Positions 28,568 through 38,216 of a stretch of DNA of 64,000 nt are shown piece after piece. Made by a program: the position numbers and the translations under genes. Origin of the DNA: Candidatus Bathyarchaeota archaeon. Lineage in GTDB: Archaea > Thermoproteota > Bathyarchaeia > Bathyarchaeales > Bathycorpusculaceae. Location: NCBI GenBank assembly GCA_963815095.1, contig CAWFFH010000003.1, positions 896,001 to 960,000 of the forward strand. Reading direction: 5' to 3'. The notes beneath the pieces were generated by a model. The model saw only the letters and a program-made list of their open reading frames with translations. It made no database searches and was not told the DNA's origin. Each line of letters starts with the position of its first letter. Position 1 is the stretch's first letter.

Positions 28568-29494
28568 CTATTGCTTAAGTTTCTTTTCGTACAAAGAATT
28601 GGCTCTTCGATAAATTTCCTCTTTTTTGCCAAAATAAGTAGAACCTAATCCCTCAACTACACAGGAAGCTGCAGCGGAACCAACACTGGCGCACCACAAA
28701 GATTCTTTTTGTTGGAGATATTCAGCTAAGAAACTGCCGACGAAGACGTCACCTGCACCTGTTGGATCAACCAATACTTGTGAAGGGCAAGCCTCAATAT
28801 TGTATAATGCCCCTTCAACAGAGAGAACTGAGCCTTTCGGGCCCAAGGTTACAATAACGGTTTCTACTCCAACATCATGAATTGCCTTAATTGCAGGTTT
28901 AAGTTCGGGTTCACCAGTTAAGGCGTAGATTTCATTTTGTGAGGACTTGTAAATGTTGATTAGACTAAAAATTCGATTATCTACAGAAAAGTTTTCAGTA
29001 ACGTTTCCTGCTTGGTCAAAGCTTCGAAGTAAACCCTGAGGGTCAAGCGACAAAACATCTGCACACCCTTTGAGGCGCTCAACTAGGTCATATGGGATTT
29101 CATCTGCAATTGGGGCAATATGAATGGCTTTGGCGTGAAAATCTTTGGGAACATCCTCTGCGTTTAAGGCTGGTCCTTTGCTCTTCAGCCTTAAGGTCCG
29201 TTCCGAAAGGTCTTTGTTATAGGTGAGCTCAAAACAAGTTGTAGGTTCATTAGCATGTTTCGTGACGGCTGTGATGTCGATACCTTCTTGCCTCAGCCAC
29301 CAAAGATAAGCTTCGGGAAAGTTCCCGCCGACTTTAGAGATAACTGCTGCCGATTCGTCGAGACATCTTGCCGCAAAAGATGTGTAGGTTGCTGCACCGC
29401 CTAAAACCACGAATGGCTTGGTTCTGCTTGGCAGGATTATGGTGTCGATTGAGAAGTGTCCAACCACTGCTATGTCAGAGTTTTGAGCAGCCAT
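28568..29494 (-). CDS. PfkB/ribokinase family carbohydrate kinase
   Basis: GGAATY, LDPQG, VTLGPKGS, VDPTGAGDVF. Confidence 0.92.
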   Translation of the reverse strand: MAAQNSDIAVVGHFSIDTIILPSRTKPFVVLGGAATYTSFAARCLDESAAVISKVGGNFPEAYLWWLRQEGIDITAVTKHANEPTTCFELTYNKDLSERTLRLKSKGPALNAEDVPKDFHAKAIHIAPIADEIPYDLVERLKGCADVLSLDPQGLLRSFDQAGNVTENFSVDNRIFSLINIYKSSQNEIYALTGEPELKPAIKAIHDVGVETVIVTLGPKGSVLSVEGALYNIEACPSQVLVDPTGAGDVFVGSFLAEYLQQKESLWCASVGSAAASCVVEGLGSTYFGKKEEIYRRANSLYEKKLKQ

Positions 29495-29631
29495 TTTTCT
29501 TATCCACTTGAATATTGAAATGAGTCATATATAGCGTTAGCTCAAGAACAAAAATAAATTCTTAATTGGAAATCGTACTTTTTGTTTTTTCTGCGGTAAA
29601 GTTTAATACAATTAATACTGCAGAATGACTT

Positions 29632-29695
29632 GGCTATGGCATTAGCCGTGGCATATGCCAAAACCGCAGCCGTGAGGATGCTGATAATGCCTACC
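29632..29695 (+). ncRNA. Fluoride (crcB) riboswitch aptamer
   Basis: GGCTATGGCATTAGCC (P1 GGCTA/TAGCC), AAACCGC, GCTGATAATGCCTAC; pseudoknot GGCATT/AATGCC; directly upstream of crcB. Confidence 0.9.
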
Positions 29696-29715
29696 TAACA
29701 AAAAAGTTGGAAGGT

Positions 29716-30111
29716 ATGCGTATGAAGTGGATTGAGTTCATCCTCTTGGCAGTTGGCGCTATAATCGGAGCTTCTTTACGTTACAAACTTGTAGAGACGC
29801 CTGTTGCATTTTATGGGTTACCCGTTAATGTCTTAATCATAAATATCTTGGGCAGTTTCATTTTGGGCTTGTTTTCAGTTTTATCGATTGGGTTGAATAT
29901 TGATTCGCAGTATACTTTGCTTGTGGCGGTTGGTTTCTGTGGATCTTTCACCACGATGTCATCCTTCGCGTTGGAAACTAGCAACCTTGTTGATGCAAAC
30001 CGTTTTAGCCTAATGGCATTAAATATTCTAGCAAATGTGGGCTTGTCGCTAGGCGCGGTGTTTGGTGGAAGGCTAATTGGTAATGAAATAATTGAGAGGT
30101 TTATGCGTTGA
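29716..30111 (+). CDS. crcB: Fluoride channel Fluc/CrcB (start ATG 29716 or 29722)
   Basis: GAIIGASLRY, NILGSFILG, GFCGSFTTMSSF; 4 TM helices. Confidence 0.95.
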   Translation: MRMKWIEFILLAVGAIIGASLRYKLVETPVAFYGLPVNVLIINILGSFILGLFSVLSIGLNIDSQYTLLVAVGFCGSFTTMSSFALETSNLVDANRFSLMALNILANVGLSLGAVFGGRLIGNEIIERFMR

Positions 30112-30419
30112 GACAGAAAATGTGGAACCTAACCATCAGAATAAAGAAAAATGATGAAGTTGGAGGTAAGCGACTTCAGGCGTTAATAATGGATTGCCTA
30201 ACGAAAGCCCATATTGAAGGTGCTACTGTTTGGACGGGGGTAAACGGCTTTGGCAAACGGGGAAAATCAACTTTGCATCTTGAGGGTGTATCAGTGAACA
30301 TGCCGCTGATTATTGAAGTGGTGGATGAGCAGGCAAAACTTGAACCTTTGTTGCCTGAACTGAAACTGATTGTTGGGGATAATGGTTTGATGACTATCCA
30401 AGAAACCTTTGTGATTTAA
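30108..30419 (+). CDS. DUF190 (PII-like) protein
   Basis: GATVWTGVNGFG, PLIIEVVD; typical crcB partner. Confidence 0.9.
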   Translation: MRQKMWNLTIRIKKNDEVGGKRLQALIMDCLTKAHIEGATVWTGVNGFGKRGKSTLHLEGVSVNMPLIIEVVDEQAKLEPLLPELKLIVGDNGLMTIQETFVI

Positions 30420-30485
30420 GTAATCTTGTCCCTCAGACGTGACCTCCCCCTCGCTTATATAAAGGAAAAATCCAATAGCATAGCG

Positions 30486-31724
30486 ATGATGGAACAAAAA
30501 AATCAACCACTCGAAGCTATAGTCGTGGGGGGTGGTCCAGTTGGTTCATATGCTGCCTTAAACTTAACTAAACTAGGTGTAAAAACCACCGTTTTTGAGG
30601 AGCATCCTTCAATTGGTTTTCCTTCACACTGCGCAGGGCACATTAGCATAAAAAGTCTAAAAAATATAGGGCTATATCCTCTTCCAGAGGGCATCGTTGA
30701 GAATACGTTTTGTGCAGCCAACTTTTATTCATCATTCGGAACTAAGTTCTCGATTAAGCTTTCCTGTCCAGTCACAACAGCCTTGAATAGGGCACGGTTT
30801 GACCAATACTTGGCTAAGAAAGCTCAAGTTGCTGGAGCAAGCTATGTTTTGGGTTCACGTGTTCAATCATTGTTAACGAAAGGTGGTCTTGTAACAGGTG
30901 TTAATGTTGAGGGAAACGATGGCGTTGAAAGGCAAGTTAATTCTAAAATCATCTTGGATGCTGAAGGCGTTTCATCAAGGCTTTTAAGGCAAGCTGGATT
31001 AGCGGCGTTTAAGCCCAGCGGTTTGGTTTATGCGGTTGAGGCCGAAGTGGAAAACGTGCAGGATGTTGAGCTTAACGCGGTTGAAGTTTACTTTGGCAAA
31101 TCGTATGCGCCTGGCTTTTACGGTTGGCTCATCCCAAGACCCGATGGCTCAGCAAAGGTCGGTTTAGCAACAAACAAAGGCAACCCCCAAGAATATCTAA
31201 AACGCCTCATGACTAAACATCCAGTCGCGGCTAAACAGCTTGGGAAAGCCAAAATAACCCAGGTAGGCTATCACTCAATCACCTTAGGCGGACCAATCAA
31301 CAGGTCCTATGCGGATGGTTTTCTTGCGGTAGGTGATTGTGCTTCACAAGTTAAGCCTACAACGGGGGGTGGGGTAATCTTCGGGTTAACCTGTGCCAAA
31401 GTAGCGGCAGAAGTTGCGAGTCAAGCCCTAAAACAAGATGATGTTTCCTCTAACTCCCTGCAGAATTACCAGAAAAAGTGTAATAAACTGTTAAGTTTTG
31501 ACTTCCTTGTTATGCTTCGGCTAAGGCGCTTTTTAGGTTCCCTCTCAGACGAGAAAATCGATGAAATGTTAAGGGTATGCGGCAAGATAGGAGTAAACAA
31601 GGCGTTGAAGGATGTAGATGAGATTGACTTTCAGGGCAAAATGCTGTTTACAGCAATCAGAAAACCTGCAATGGCAGCGGCTTTGGCTTACTTTGGATTG
31701 CTTTACGTCTCTGCAAACCCTTAA
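30486..31724 (+). CDS. Geranylgeranyl reductase family flavoprotein
   Basis: VVGGGPVG, PSHCAG, R..FD..LA, APGFYGWLIP, VGDCASQVKPTTGGG. Confidence 0.88.
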   Translation: MMEQKNQPLEAIVVGGGPVGSYAALNLTKLGVKTTVFEEHPSIGFPSHCAGHISIKSLKNIGLYPLPEGIVENTFCAANFYSSFGTKFSIKLSCPVTTALNRARFDQYLAKKAQVAGASYVLGSRVQSLLTKGGLVTGVNVEGNDGVERQVNSKIILDAEGVSSRLLRQAGLAAFKPSGLVYAVEAEVENVQDVELNAVEVYFGKSYAPGFYGWLIPRPDGSAKVGLATNKGNPQEYLKRLMTKHPVAAKQLGKAKITQVGYHSITLGGPINRSYADGFLAVGDCASQVKPTTGGGVIFGLTCAKVAAEVASQALKQDDVSSNSLQNYQKKCNKLLSFDFLVMLRLRRFLGSLSDEKIDEMLRVCGKIGVNKALKDVDEIDFQGKMLFTAIRKPAMAAALAYFGLLYVSANP

Positions 31725-31761
31725 AATCTCCAGTGCCAACTTAGATGGGGGATAATGCTGA

Positions 31762-32124
31762 ATGATTGAATTTGAATACAAACAAGTCCTTGTCTTCCGA
31801 ACCGACTTGCAGCTGAGCAAAGGCAAGATAGCTGCACAAGCCGGACACGCAGCAGTCTCCTCAGCCCAAGATGCTTACCAGCGCCATAAGAAGTGGTGGG
31901 ATGCCTGGATGCATGAGGGGCAAAAAAAAGTCGCTGTTAAGGTTGCAGTCGAAAAAGAGCTGCATGAACTCGAAGAGGCAGCAGACGATTTAGGGTTGCC
32001 ACACGCGCTTATTGTTGATGCCGGTTTAACAGAGATTCCAGAGGGCACTGTGACGTGTTTAGGGATTGGACCAGCGCCTACAGGCATGGTTGACCGTTTA
32101 ACAGGTAAACTCAAATTGTTATAG
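31762..32124 (+). CDS. pth2: Peptidyl-tRNA hydrolase Pth2
   Basis: KQVLVFRTDL, GKIAAQAGHA, DAGLTE, TCLGIGP. Confidence 0.97.
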   Translation: MIEFEYKQVLVFRTDLQLSKGKIAAQAGHAAVSSAQDAYQRHKKWWDAWMHEGQKKVAVKVAVEKELHELEEAADDLGLPHALIVDAGLTEIPEGTVTCLGIGPAPTGMVDRLTGKLKLL

Positions 32125-32132
32125 GCGATTTT

Positions 32133-33506
32133 TTGTCTGTTCCCGAAATTGATAGGCTACTTGGCATGGAAGTTTACGCCACTAAAACCGTAGGTGTCGG
32201 GGGTGCCATTCGGGAATCAGTCGAGGATTTTGTTGTCGAAGAGGTTCTTGTGGACGGATCCAAAGCTTTAGTAACTGGAGAGATTTCAAAGAAAGTTCTG
32301 GGGTCTACGGATAAGAAACAACGTTATCTGCTATGTGTTTTGGTTAAACGCAACTGGGACACCTTCATAGCAGTAAAAAACGTTGCAAAATCATTAGGCA
32401 TAGACCAAGCACGGGTTCAGTTTGCAGGAATCAAAGATGCCAAAGCAACCACTGCCCAACACATCTCAATCGAAAATGTTTCAATCGAGGACATAACTAA
32501 AGTTAATGTTAAAGATGTAGAGGTTCAACCTATCGGTTACGTCCGAGAAATGCTCTCACTATTCTATCTGTTGGGCAACAATTTTACAATAAACATAAAA
32601 GCCATAACTGAATCCGAGGAAACCGTTAAGGAAAATATTGCTCAAACAATTCAGCACCTCGAGGGAGTCGGCGGAATTCCAAACTTTTTTGGTCACCAAC
32701 GCTTCGGAACCACCCGCCCTATAACGCATTTGGTAGGAAAAGCGCTTATTCAGGGTGATTTTAAGGTTGCTGCAATGCTTTTTTTGGCTAAACCCAGTTT
32801 GTACGAGCATCCAGCGTCAAGGCAAGCCCGCCAAAACCTCCAGGAAACTGGTAATTTTAAGTATGCTCAGGAGAATTTTCCCAAGCAACTCCGTTTCGAA
32901 CGAATGATGCTTAACCATTTAGCTGATAACCCGGATGACTTCGTTGGTGCTTTTCAAAAGTTGCCAGTCAAACTTCAAGCGCTCTTTGTCCAAGCTCACC
33001 AATCTTATTTGTTTAACCGTTTTCTGAGCGCGCGAGTGAAGCATGATTTGGCTCTTAATGAGGCTTTAGAGGGGGATTACGTGGTTGGTGTTGAGCGTTC
33101 TGGTTTACCTCTGACGACGGTAGCTAAGGTTGTGGCTTCTCAAAACTTGGCGGAGGTTAATGTTCAGGTTAAGGCTGGACGGTTGCGTGTTGCTCTTCCG
33201 ATTTTTGGAGTAAAACAGAAGCTCTCTCTTGGCGTCATGGGGCAAATTGAGCGTGAAGTTCTTGATCAGGAAGGTGTGGAAGTGGAAAACTTGCGATTTA
33301 ACATTTTATCGAGAATGGGAGGAAAAGGAGGTTTACGTACCGCTGTTACTCCAATTAAAGGCTTCAATTTGCAGGACGTCTCAACGAATCCAGATGGATG
33401 TGGTGTTCAAGCAAGGGTAAGTTTTATGTTATTCCGGGGTTCCTATGCAACAATCGTTTTAAGGGAAATTATGAAGCCGACCGACTTGATTGCTGCTGGC
33501 TTCTAA
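32133..33506 (+). CDS. truD: tRNA pseudouridine(13) synthase
   Basis: EDFVVEE, AGIKDA.A.T.Q, GNNF, PNFFGHQRFG, GSYAT.VLRE.MK. Confidence 0.95.
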   Translation: MSVPEIDRLLGMEVYATKTVGVGGAIRESVEDFVVEEVLVDGSKALVTGEISKKVLGSTDKKQRYLLCVLVKRNWDTFIAVKNVAKSLGIDQARVQFAGIKDAKATTAQHISIENVSIEDITKVNVKDVEVQPIGYVREMLSLFYLLGNNFTINIKAITESEETVKENIAQTIQHLEGVGGIPNFFGHQRFGTTRPITHLVGKALIQGDFKVAAMLFLAKPSLYEHPASRQARQNLQETGNFKYAQENFPKQLRFERMMLNHLADNPDDFVGAFQKLPVKLQALFVQAHQSYLFNRFLSARVKHDLALNEALEGDYVVGVERSGLPLTTVAKVVASQNLAEVNVQVKAGRLRVALPIFGVKQKLSLGVMGQIEREVLDQEGVEVENLRFNILSRMGGKGGLRTAVTPIKGFNLQDVSTNPDGCGVQARVSFMLFRGSYATIVLREIMKPTDLIAAGF

Positions 33507-33568
33507 AGGGTTAGCGGTATGCTGATAAGCAAGCGATTAATTCAATATTTGTTAGGAAGCTTCCTTTT

Positions 33569-34132
33569 ATGGAAAATGAACCGCCGCGTCAATGTGTCAT
33601 TCCGATTCATAAACCAAGCAATAGGGAATTAGCATTCTTTTTTGCTTCAGGCATACTGGTTAGTATTCCCTTTGCTTTGTTCTTTTCCCAGTTCTACACT
33701 TACTTCCCTGCGGTCATCGCTGTAATTATTTTGGCTCCCTTTATCGAGGAGATAGCGAAGGTTTTTCCACTTTTCTACAGGCATGGCGAAACCGAGCGAT
33801 CATATGTAACATTGGGAATTCTGATTGGTTTAGGTTTTGGCATTTCAGAATTTGTCCTCTACGTCTTCTTTTTGGGCGTACCCTTCGTTGCTCGAATACC
33901 TGGTGTTGTCTTTCATGCTTCAAGTGCAGCCATTACCGCTTATGGCATAGCTAAAAAGAACCCGTTACCTTACTACTTGGTTTCTGTGTCGCTTCACATA
34001 GCCAACAATTTTGTTGCTCTTTCAGGTTTACTCATTTTTGGGAGTATAGGTGAATTGCTGATTTTAATTACAGTTTATCTGTTAGCTTGGCGGTTTTATC
34101 GTCAGGCTTCAAAAGACAAAATGGTTGTTTAA
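33569..34132 (+). CDS. PrsW family intramembrane glutamic protease
   Basis: APFIEEIAK, GLGFGISE, VFH, SLHIANN. Confidence 0.85.
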   Translation: MENEPPRQCVIPIHKPSNRELAFFFASGILVSIPFALFFSQFYTYFPAVIAVIILAPFIEEIAKVFPLFYRHGETERSYVTLGILIGLGFGISEFVLYVFFLGVPFVARIPGVVFHASSAAITAYGIAKKNPLPYYLVSVSLHIANNFVALSGLLIFGSIGELLILITVYLLAWRFYRQASKDKMVV

Positions 34133-34656
34133 CAGACTCGGTCGGTTCTAGCCAAGTCTCTGAGCCTGTTAACCCCATCAATTTCCAAAATAAAGTCTGA
34201 CACGCTTTTGGGCACAAGTTCTGTCCAACTGTCATCTTTGACCATTTTTTCACGTACCACGGTGGACATGTAGACTTTTCTTTCGAAAAGTGGGATGGTT
34301 TTGACTTCGTAGCCTGCTTCCATGAAAAGTCTCTTGGTCAAGGGTTCGTTGGAGAAGAGAACGTTGAATTTTGGTGTGTAACCTTCGACGGCGCTGACCC
34401 ATAACATGTGCAAGTGAACGTCAGGTACAGGAACAATCCACAGTTTAGAGTCAGGTACCCCAGCTTCCATTAAAGCCTGACGAACCATGACGAGTCTCTC
34501 GCCTGCTGTAAATGGGTTGTTGACGTTATGGCTGTACTGGGCGCTGCCGATAACGACCACAAGTTCATCAACCTCGTTTAATGCATACTTTATTGCGTCT
34601 AGGTGTCCTAAATGGAATGGTTGAAATCTTCCAACGTAAAGACCTCGATTAACCAC
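34129..34656 (-). CDS. nadM: Nicotinamide-nucleotide adenylyltransferase
   Basis: RGLYVGRFQPFHLGH, IGSAQ, NPFTAGER. Confidence 0.95.
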   Translation of the reverse strand: MVNRGLYVGRFQPFHLGHLDAIKYALNEVDELVVVIGSAQYSHNVNNPFTAGERLVMVRQALMEAGVPDSKLWIVPVPDVHLHMLWVSAVEGYTPKFNVLFSNEPLTKRLFMEAGYEVKTIPLFERKVYMSTVVREKMVKDDSWTELVPKSVSDFILEIDGVNRLRDLARTDRVC

Positions 34657-34713
34657 GGTGCTCACTTGCTTTGACTGGGGGCTCGCATGCATTTATGATT
34701 TGTGCAACGATAC

Positions 34714-35298
34714 TTAAGCGAAACCTTTGAGAACATTTTCAACTGGGAAAACCCAAAGTTCTCCACCATCGACAGAAATATTTTTTGAATCAACAAACCC
34801 TCGCTTTTCCCTGCCTAAAAGTTGCATCTTGACTTTCAAGCCAAAACCATAACCGCCTAGCCTAAAATCTGCCTTAACGACTCTATGGCAAGGAACGATG
34901 GGTGCAAATGGATTGGATGCCATGATGTTTCCGACGGCTCTGGGTCCGCCGCCGACGGCTTTGGAGATTGCGCCGTAAGATGTTACGTAGCCAAGTGGAA
35001 TTGTTGAGGTTGTTTTGAGGACTTTTTTGGTGTAAGGGGGCAAGTGGGATGTTGCCAGAGGTAGGTCTGATTCAACGCTTTTTCCTTCGTAGATGTTCTT
35101 CAAAGCTGTAAGCATGTTTTTGGCGGGGGCTGTGGGTTCGTGGAAAACTTGAAAAGGCAAATTGAATGGCACGTTGCCTAAGATGTTACTTAATGCTGTT
35201 TGCTGGTTTGCTCCAAAAGATGAAGTTACGATTTGTTGCTTGTTGACTGCGACTGCAAACCACGTATCTTCGATGTTTTGAGCGTAGATTTCAATCAT
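34714..35298 (-). CDS. ogt: Methylated-DNA-protein-cysteine methyltransferase
   Basis: IPLGYVTSYG, RAVG, VPCHRVV, LGGY. Confidence 0.92.
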   Translation of the reverse strand: MIEIYAQNIEDTWFAVAVNKQQIVTSSFGANQQTALSNILGNVPFNLPFQVFHEPTAPAKNMLTALKNIYEGKSVESDLPLATSHLPPYTKKVLKTTSTIPLGYVTSYGAISKAVGGGPRAVGNIMASNPFAPIVPCHRVVKADFRLGGYGFGLKVKMQLLGREKRGFVDSKNISVDGGELWVFPVENVLKGFA

Positions 35299-35333
35299 TC
35301 TGCTCTTCCTTCATTGAAGAAAGTATGTGTTTG

Positions 35334-35504
35334 TTAAAAGTTTCTGCGGTAAAAACCTGCTCCGCTTGAGCAATCTATGCATGTTCCAACCAACTTTACA
35401 TTATCTTCTGTGGGTTTAGCTTGTAAGAAGCTTTTTGGGGTAACGGTTACGTAACCGAGGGGGTTGCCACATTTTTGGCACCTTAACGGTTTAGACTCAC
35501 TCAT
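35334..35504 (-). CDS. Small zinc-ribbon protein (56 aa)
   Basis: MSESKPLRCQKCGNPLGY...GTCIDC; two CxxC pairs. Confidence 0.75.
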   Translation of the reverse strand: MSESKPLRCQKCGNPLGYVTVTPKSFLQAKPTEDNVKLVGTCIDCSSGAGFYRRNF

Positions 35505-35585
35505 GAAAGCCACTTCGCTTACTCTATAATGGTTATAAGTAACCTTAATAATTTGTCTTGTGTATATCAAGAAAAGGCGAAAATT

Positions 35586-36284
35586 ATGGAAGGTTATGGA
35601 CCACAATTACCAACTTTACCCAATATTCCACAAATCCAGCTAATGCCGCAGGAACAACAGCAAGCTCAAGGCAACCAAGCCCAGCAAGGCGGCGGATGGA
35701 TGCCTGGTGCAACCACAGTTGGTGCCATCTTCAAAGATGGAGTTATCTTAGCTTCAGAAAAAAGAGTAACATATGGTAACTTTATCATGAGTAAAGGCGG
35801 CAAAAAAGTCTTCAAAGTAACAGACCGCATCGGCGTTGCATGTGCGGGACTTATTGGAGACATGCAGATTCTTGCCAAAGAAATGCAGGCGCAAGCTAAC
35901 CTCTTCAGCATGGATGTTGGAAGACAAATTAGTGTGCGTTCAGCAGCGAAACTTTTGGCTAACGTATTATTCAACCGCAGATACTCGCCATTGTTTACTC
36001 AAACAATTGTTGGCGGCTTAGATGAAGAAGGCGGATCGCTTTTCGTGCTTGACGTCTTAGGCTCCTTAATTCCTGACAAGTACGCAGTAGTGGGTTCCGG
36101 CACAGAAATCGCTATGGGAGTTCTCGAAGAAGGCTACAAAGAAACCTTGAGCCTAAAAGAAGCCAAAGATCTCGTTACTAGGTCAATAAAATCAGCAGTC
36201 AGCAGAGATTCCATGAGCGGTGACGGAATAGACTTCCTTATAATAACTAAGGAAGGCATCACTGAAGAATCCATAAAGTTTTAA
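35586..36284 (+). CDS. psmB: Proteasome beta subunit, probably non-catalytic (Thr1 replaced by Ala), with Gln-rich leader
   Basis: PGATTVG, GVILASEKR, AGLIGD, VGSG, SRDSMSGDG. Confidence 0.92.
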   Translation: MEGYGPQLPTLPNIPQIQLMPQEQQQAQGNQAQQGGGWMPGATTVGAIFKDGVILASEKRVTYGNFIMSKGGKKVFKVTDRIGVACAGLIGDMQILAKEMQAQANLFSMDVGRQISVRSAAKLLANVLFNRRYSPLFTQTIVGGLDEEGGSLFVLDVLGSLIPDKYAVVGSGTEIAMGVLEEGYKETLSLKEAKDLVTRSIKSAVSRDSMSGDGIDFLIITKEGITEESIKF

Positions 36285-36350
36285 CCACTTTCTTTTTTAA
36301 TTTTTTTTAGTTTATTTGGCGGTTCTGCGCCGTGCATAGGAAGGGATCGT

Positions 36351-36975
36351 ATGTCGTTTGAATTGACTGATGAAGAAGGAAAATTTTTAATCAATTTAGC
36401 TCGAAGTACAGTGAAACAATTTTTGGAAACTAGGTAAAGCTCCAAAACCGCCCAAAGAAACTCCAAAAAAGCTCTTTGAGCACTGCGGCGTTTTCGTAAC
36501 AATAAACAGCGTTAGTGGGGGCGAGAAGGAACTTCGTGGCTGCATCGGCTACCCGTACCCCACAAGTCCGTTGGTAGAAGCAGTGATTGACAGCGCTGTT
36601 AACGCTGCGACAGAAGATCCACGCTTTGAGCCCATGTCGCTAACAGAGTTGGATACAGTGGTTTTTGAAGTCAGCGTGTTAACACCACCACAACCCGTCG
36701 AAGTTGCCAACCCAAAAGAGTATGTGCACAAAATCAAAGTCGGCGAAGACGGCTTAATCATCGAACAAGGCTACCGCAAAGGCTTACTTTTGCCCCAAGT
36801 ACCCATCGAATGGGGTTGGTGCGAAGAAGAATTCCTCTGCCAATGCTGCATGAAAGCAGGCTTACCACCCGACAGCTGGTTAACCAAAAACACAAAAATC
36901 TACAAATTCAAAGCCATAATCTTTGACGAAGAAACACCAAATGGCGAAGTTAAACGCCTAAACCTAACAAAATAA
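36351..36975 (+). CDS. AMMECR1/TIGR00296 family protein, split by a +1 frameshift at about 36432
   Basis: MSFELTDEEGKFLINLAR (36351 frame), then GVFVTIN, LRGCIG, DPRF, EVSVLT, GLLLPQV in the +1 frame. Confidence 0.9.
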
Positions 36976-36980
36976 ACCTG

Positions 36981-38120
36981 CTAGTCCAGCAGGGTTTCTA
37001 CAATTGAAACTGCCCTATCTAAGCCCTTAAACCTGTTCGAAAACTCGTTAACTAACCGCACGTTATTGTTGTAGGATTTCTTTTCACACTGCATTTTTTC
37101 GATGGCTTTTTCGAGTTGCTTCTTATTTTTTACAGTTATCGAACACTTTAGATCTTCGAGTTTAGCGGCGTTGCCTAACTGTTCGGGCTGGGTTGGGATG
37201 CAGATACTTGGTTTAGAGTATTTTATGGTTTCAAAACATGTCGCATGTCCGCCGCTGAATATTACGAATTTGGCGTTTCTCATAGCTTCTTGGCGTTCCT
37301 CGGGAGAGAGCCATGTGTGCAGTTCGCAGTTGCCAATTTTAGTTGAAACTTTCTTTCCGGGAGTTCCTAGACTTATGATGCATTTAGTTTTGAGTTTTTC
37401 AAGCACTGGAATGAGCGTTTTGGTGAGTTTTGCTCTTGTTCCAACGGGTCCACTTATTGCAGCATAAATATGCTCTTGAGAACCCTTAACAGGCGTCGTG
37501 TCGACGAATGCCCCAACATACTCAACATTTCCCTTTAGCCCTACTTGGTCCAAATTGCCAATACTGTACTCGGATACTGTGTAAGGCGGTGGGTTGTCGG
37601 GAATTATGATTTTTAAGCACTTTTTCACATATCGCTCAACGACCCGCTCGCCCGGGCTCAGAAAAGCCGAGAATCCATAACTTGGTCTTATCATGTTGGC
37701 GATGTAGACTGAGGGGATTTTCCATCTTTGAGCAAGGCGAAGCGCGTTTATGTCGCCGTCTGCAATGAGCATGTCTGGTGCGATATCATGGAGGTTTTCT
37801 CTTAGATCGTAGTAGCGGTGGATGGTTTCCATGGCGTTGGATTTCTTGAGTTCAAACCTGTTTTGGTCTGTGTTAAAGAGAGGAAGAGGAATGAGGAGGT
37901 TTAGTAGTGAAGCTGAAGTGATTATGCCATGTGCGTTTTCGTACCAGGAGACTGGTTGGCATTCGTAAACGTTCTTAAATTCATTCTTGAGCAGCTCGTA
38001 TGCTTTGCCTCCTGAAAAAAAGAACATTTCATGACCATTTTTCTCCAGCCGCTTCCCTAACGGAATGATTCGTGAAACGTGACCTAATCCGAGTTCGGAG
38101 CAGCTAAGGAGCAGTCGCAT
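36981..38120 (-). CDS. GT-B glycosyltransferase (GT28/MJ1255-like)
   Basis: GLGHVSR, GGHAT..E, KP.I.IP.QPEQ..NA. Confidence 0.85.
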   Translation of the reverse strand: MRLLLSCSELGLGHVSRIIPLGKRLEKNGHEMFFFSGGKAYELLKNEFKNVYECQPVSWYENAHGIITSASLLNLLIPLPLFNTDQNRFELKKSNAMETIHRYYDLRENLHDIAPDMLIADGDINALRLAQRWKIPSVYIANMIRPSYGFSAFLSPGERVVERYVKKCLKIIIPDNPPPYTVSEYSIGNLDQVGLKGNVEYVGAFVDTTPVKGSQEHIYAAISGPVGTRAKLTKTLIPVLEKLKTKCIISLGTPGKKVSTKIGNCELHTWLSPEERQEAMRNAKFVIFSGGHATCFETIKYSKPSICIPTQPEQLGNAAKLEDLKCSITVKNKKQLEKAIEKMQCEKKSYNNNVRLVNEFSNRFKGLDRAVSIVETLLD

Positions 38121-38216
38121 ACATCACACCTGTAAGTGCAAGATTATATTTGAACTATAGCTTGGTTCAACCAATGAAAGGCAAGCATTTTAAGCTCTAA
38201 ACCCAACACTACAATT

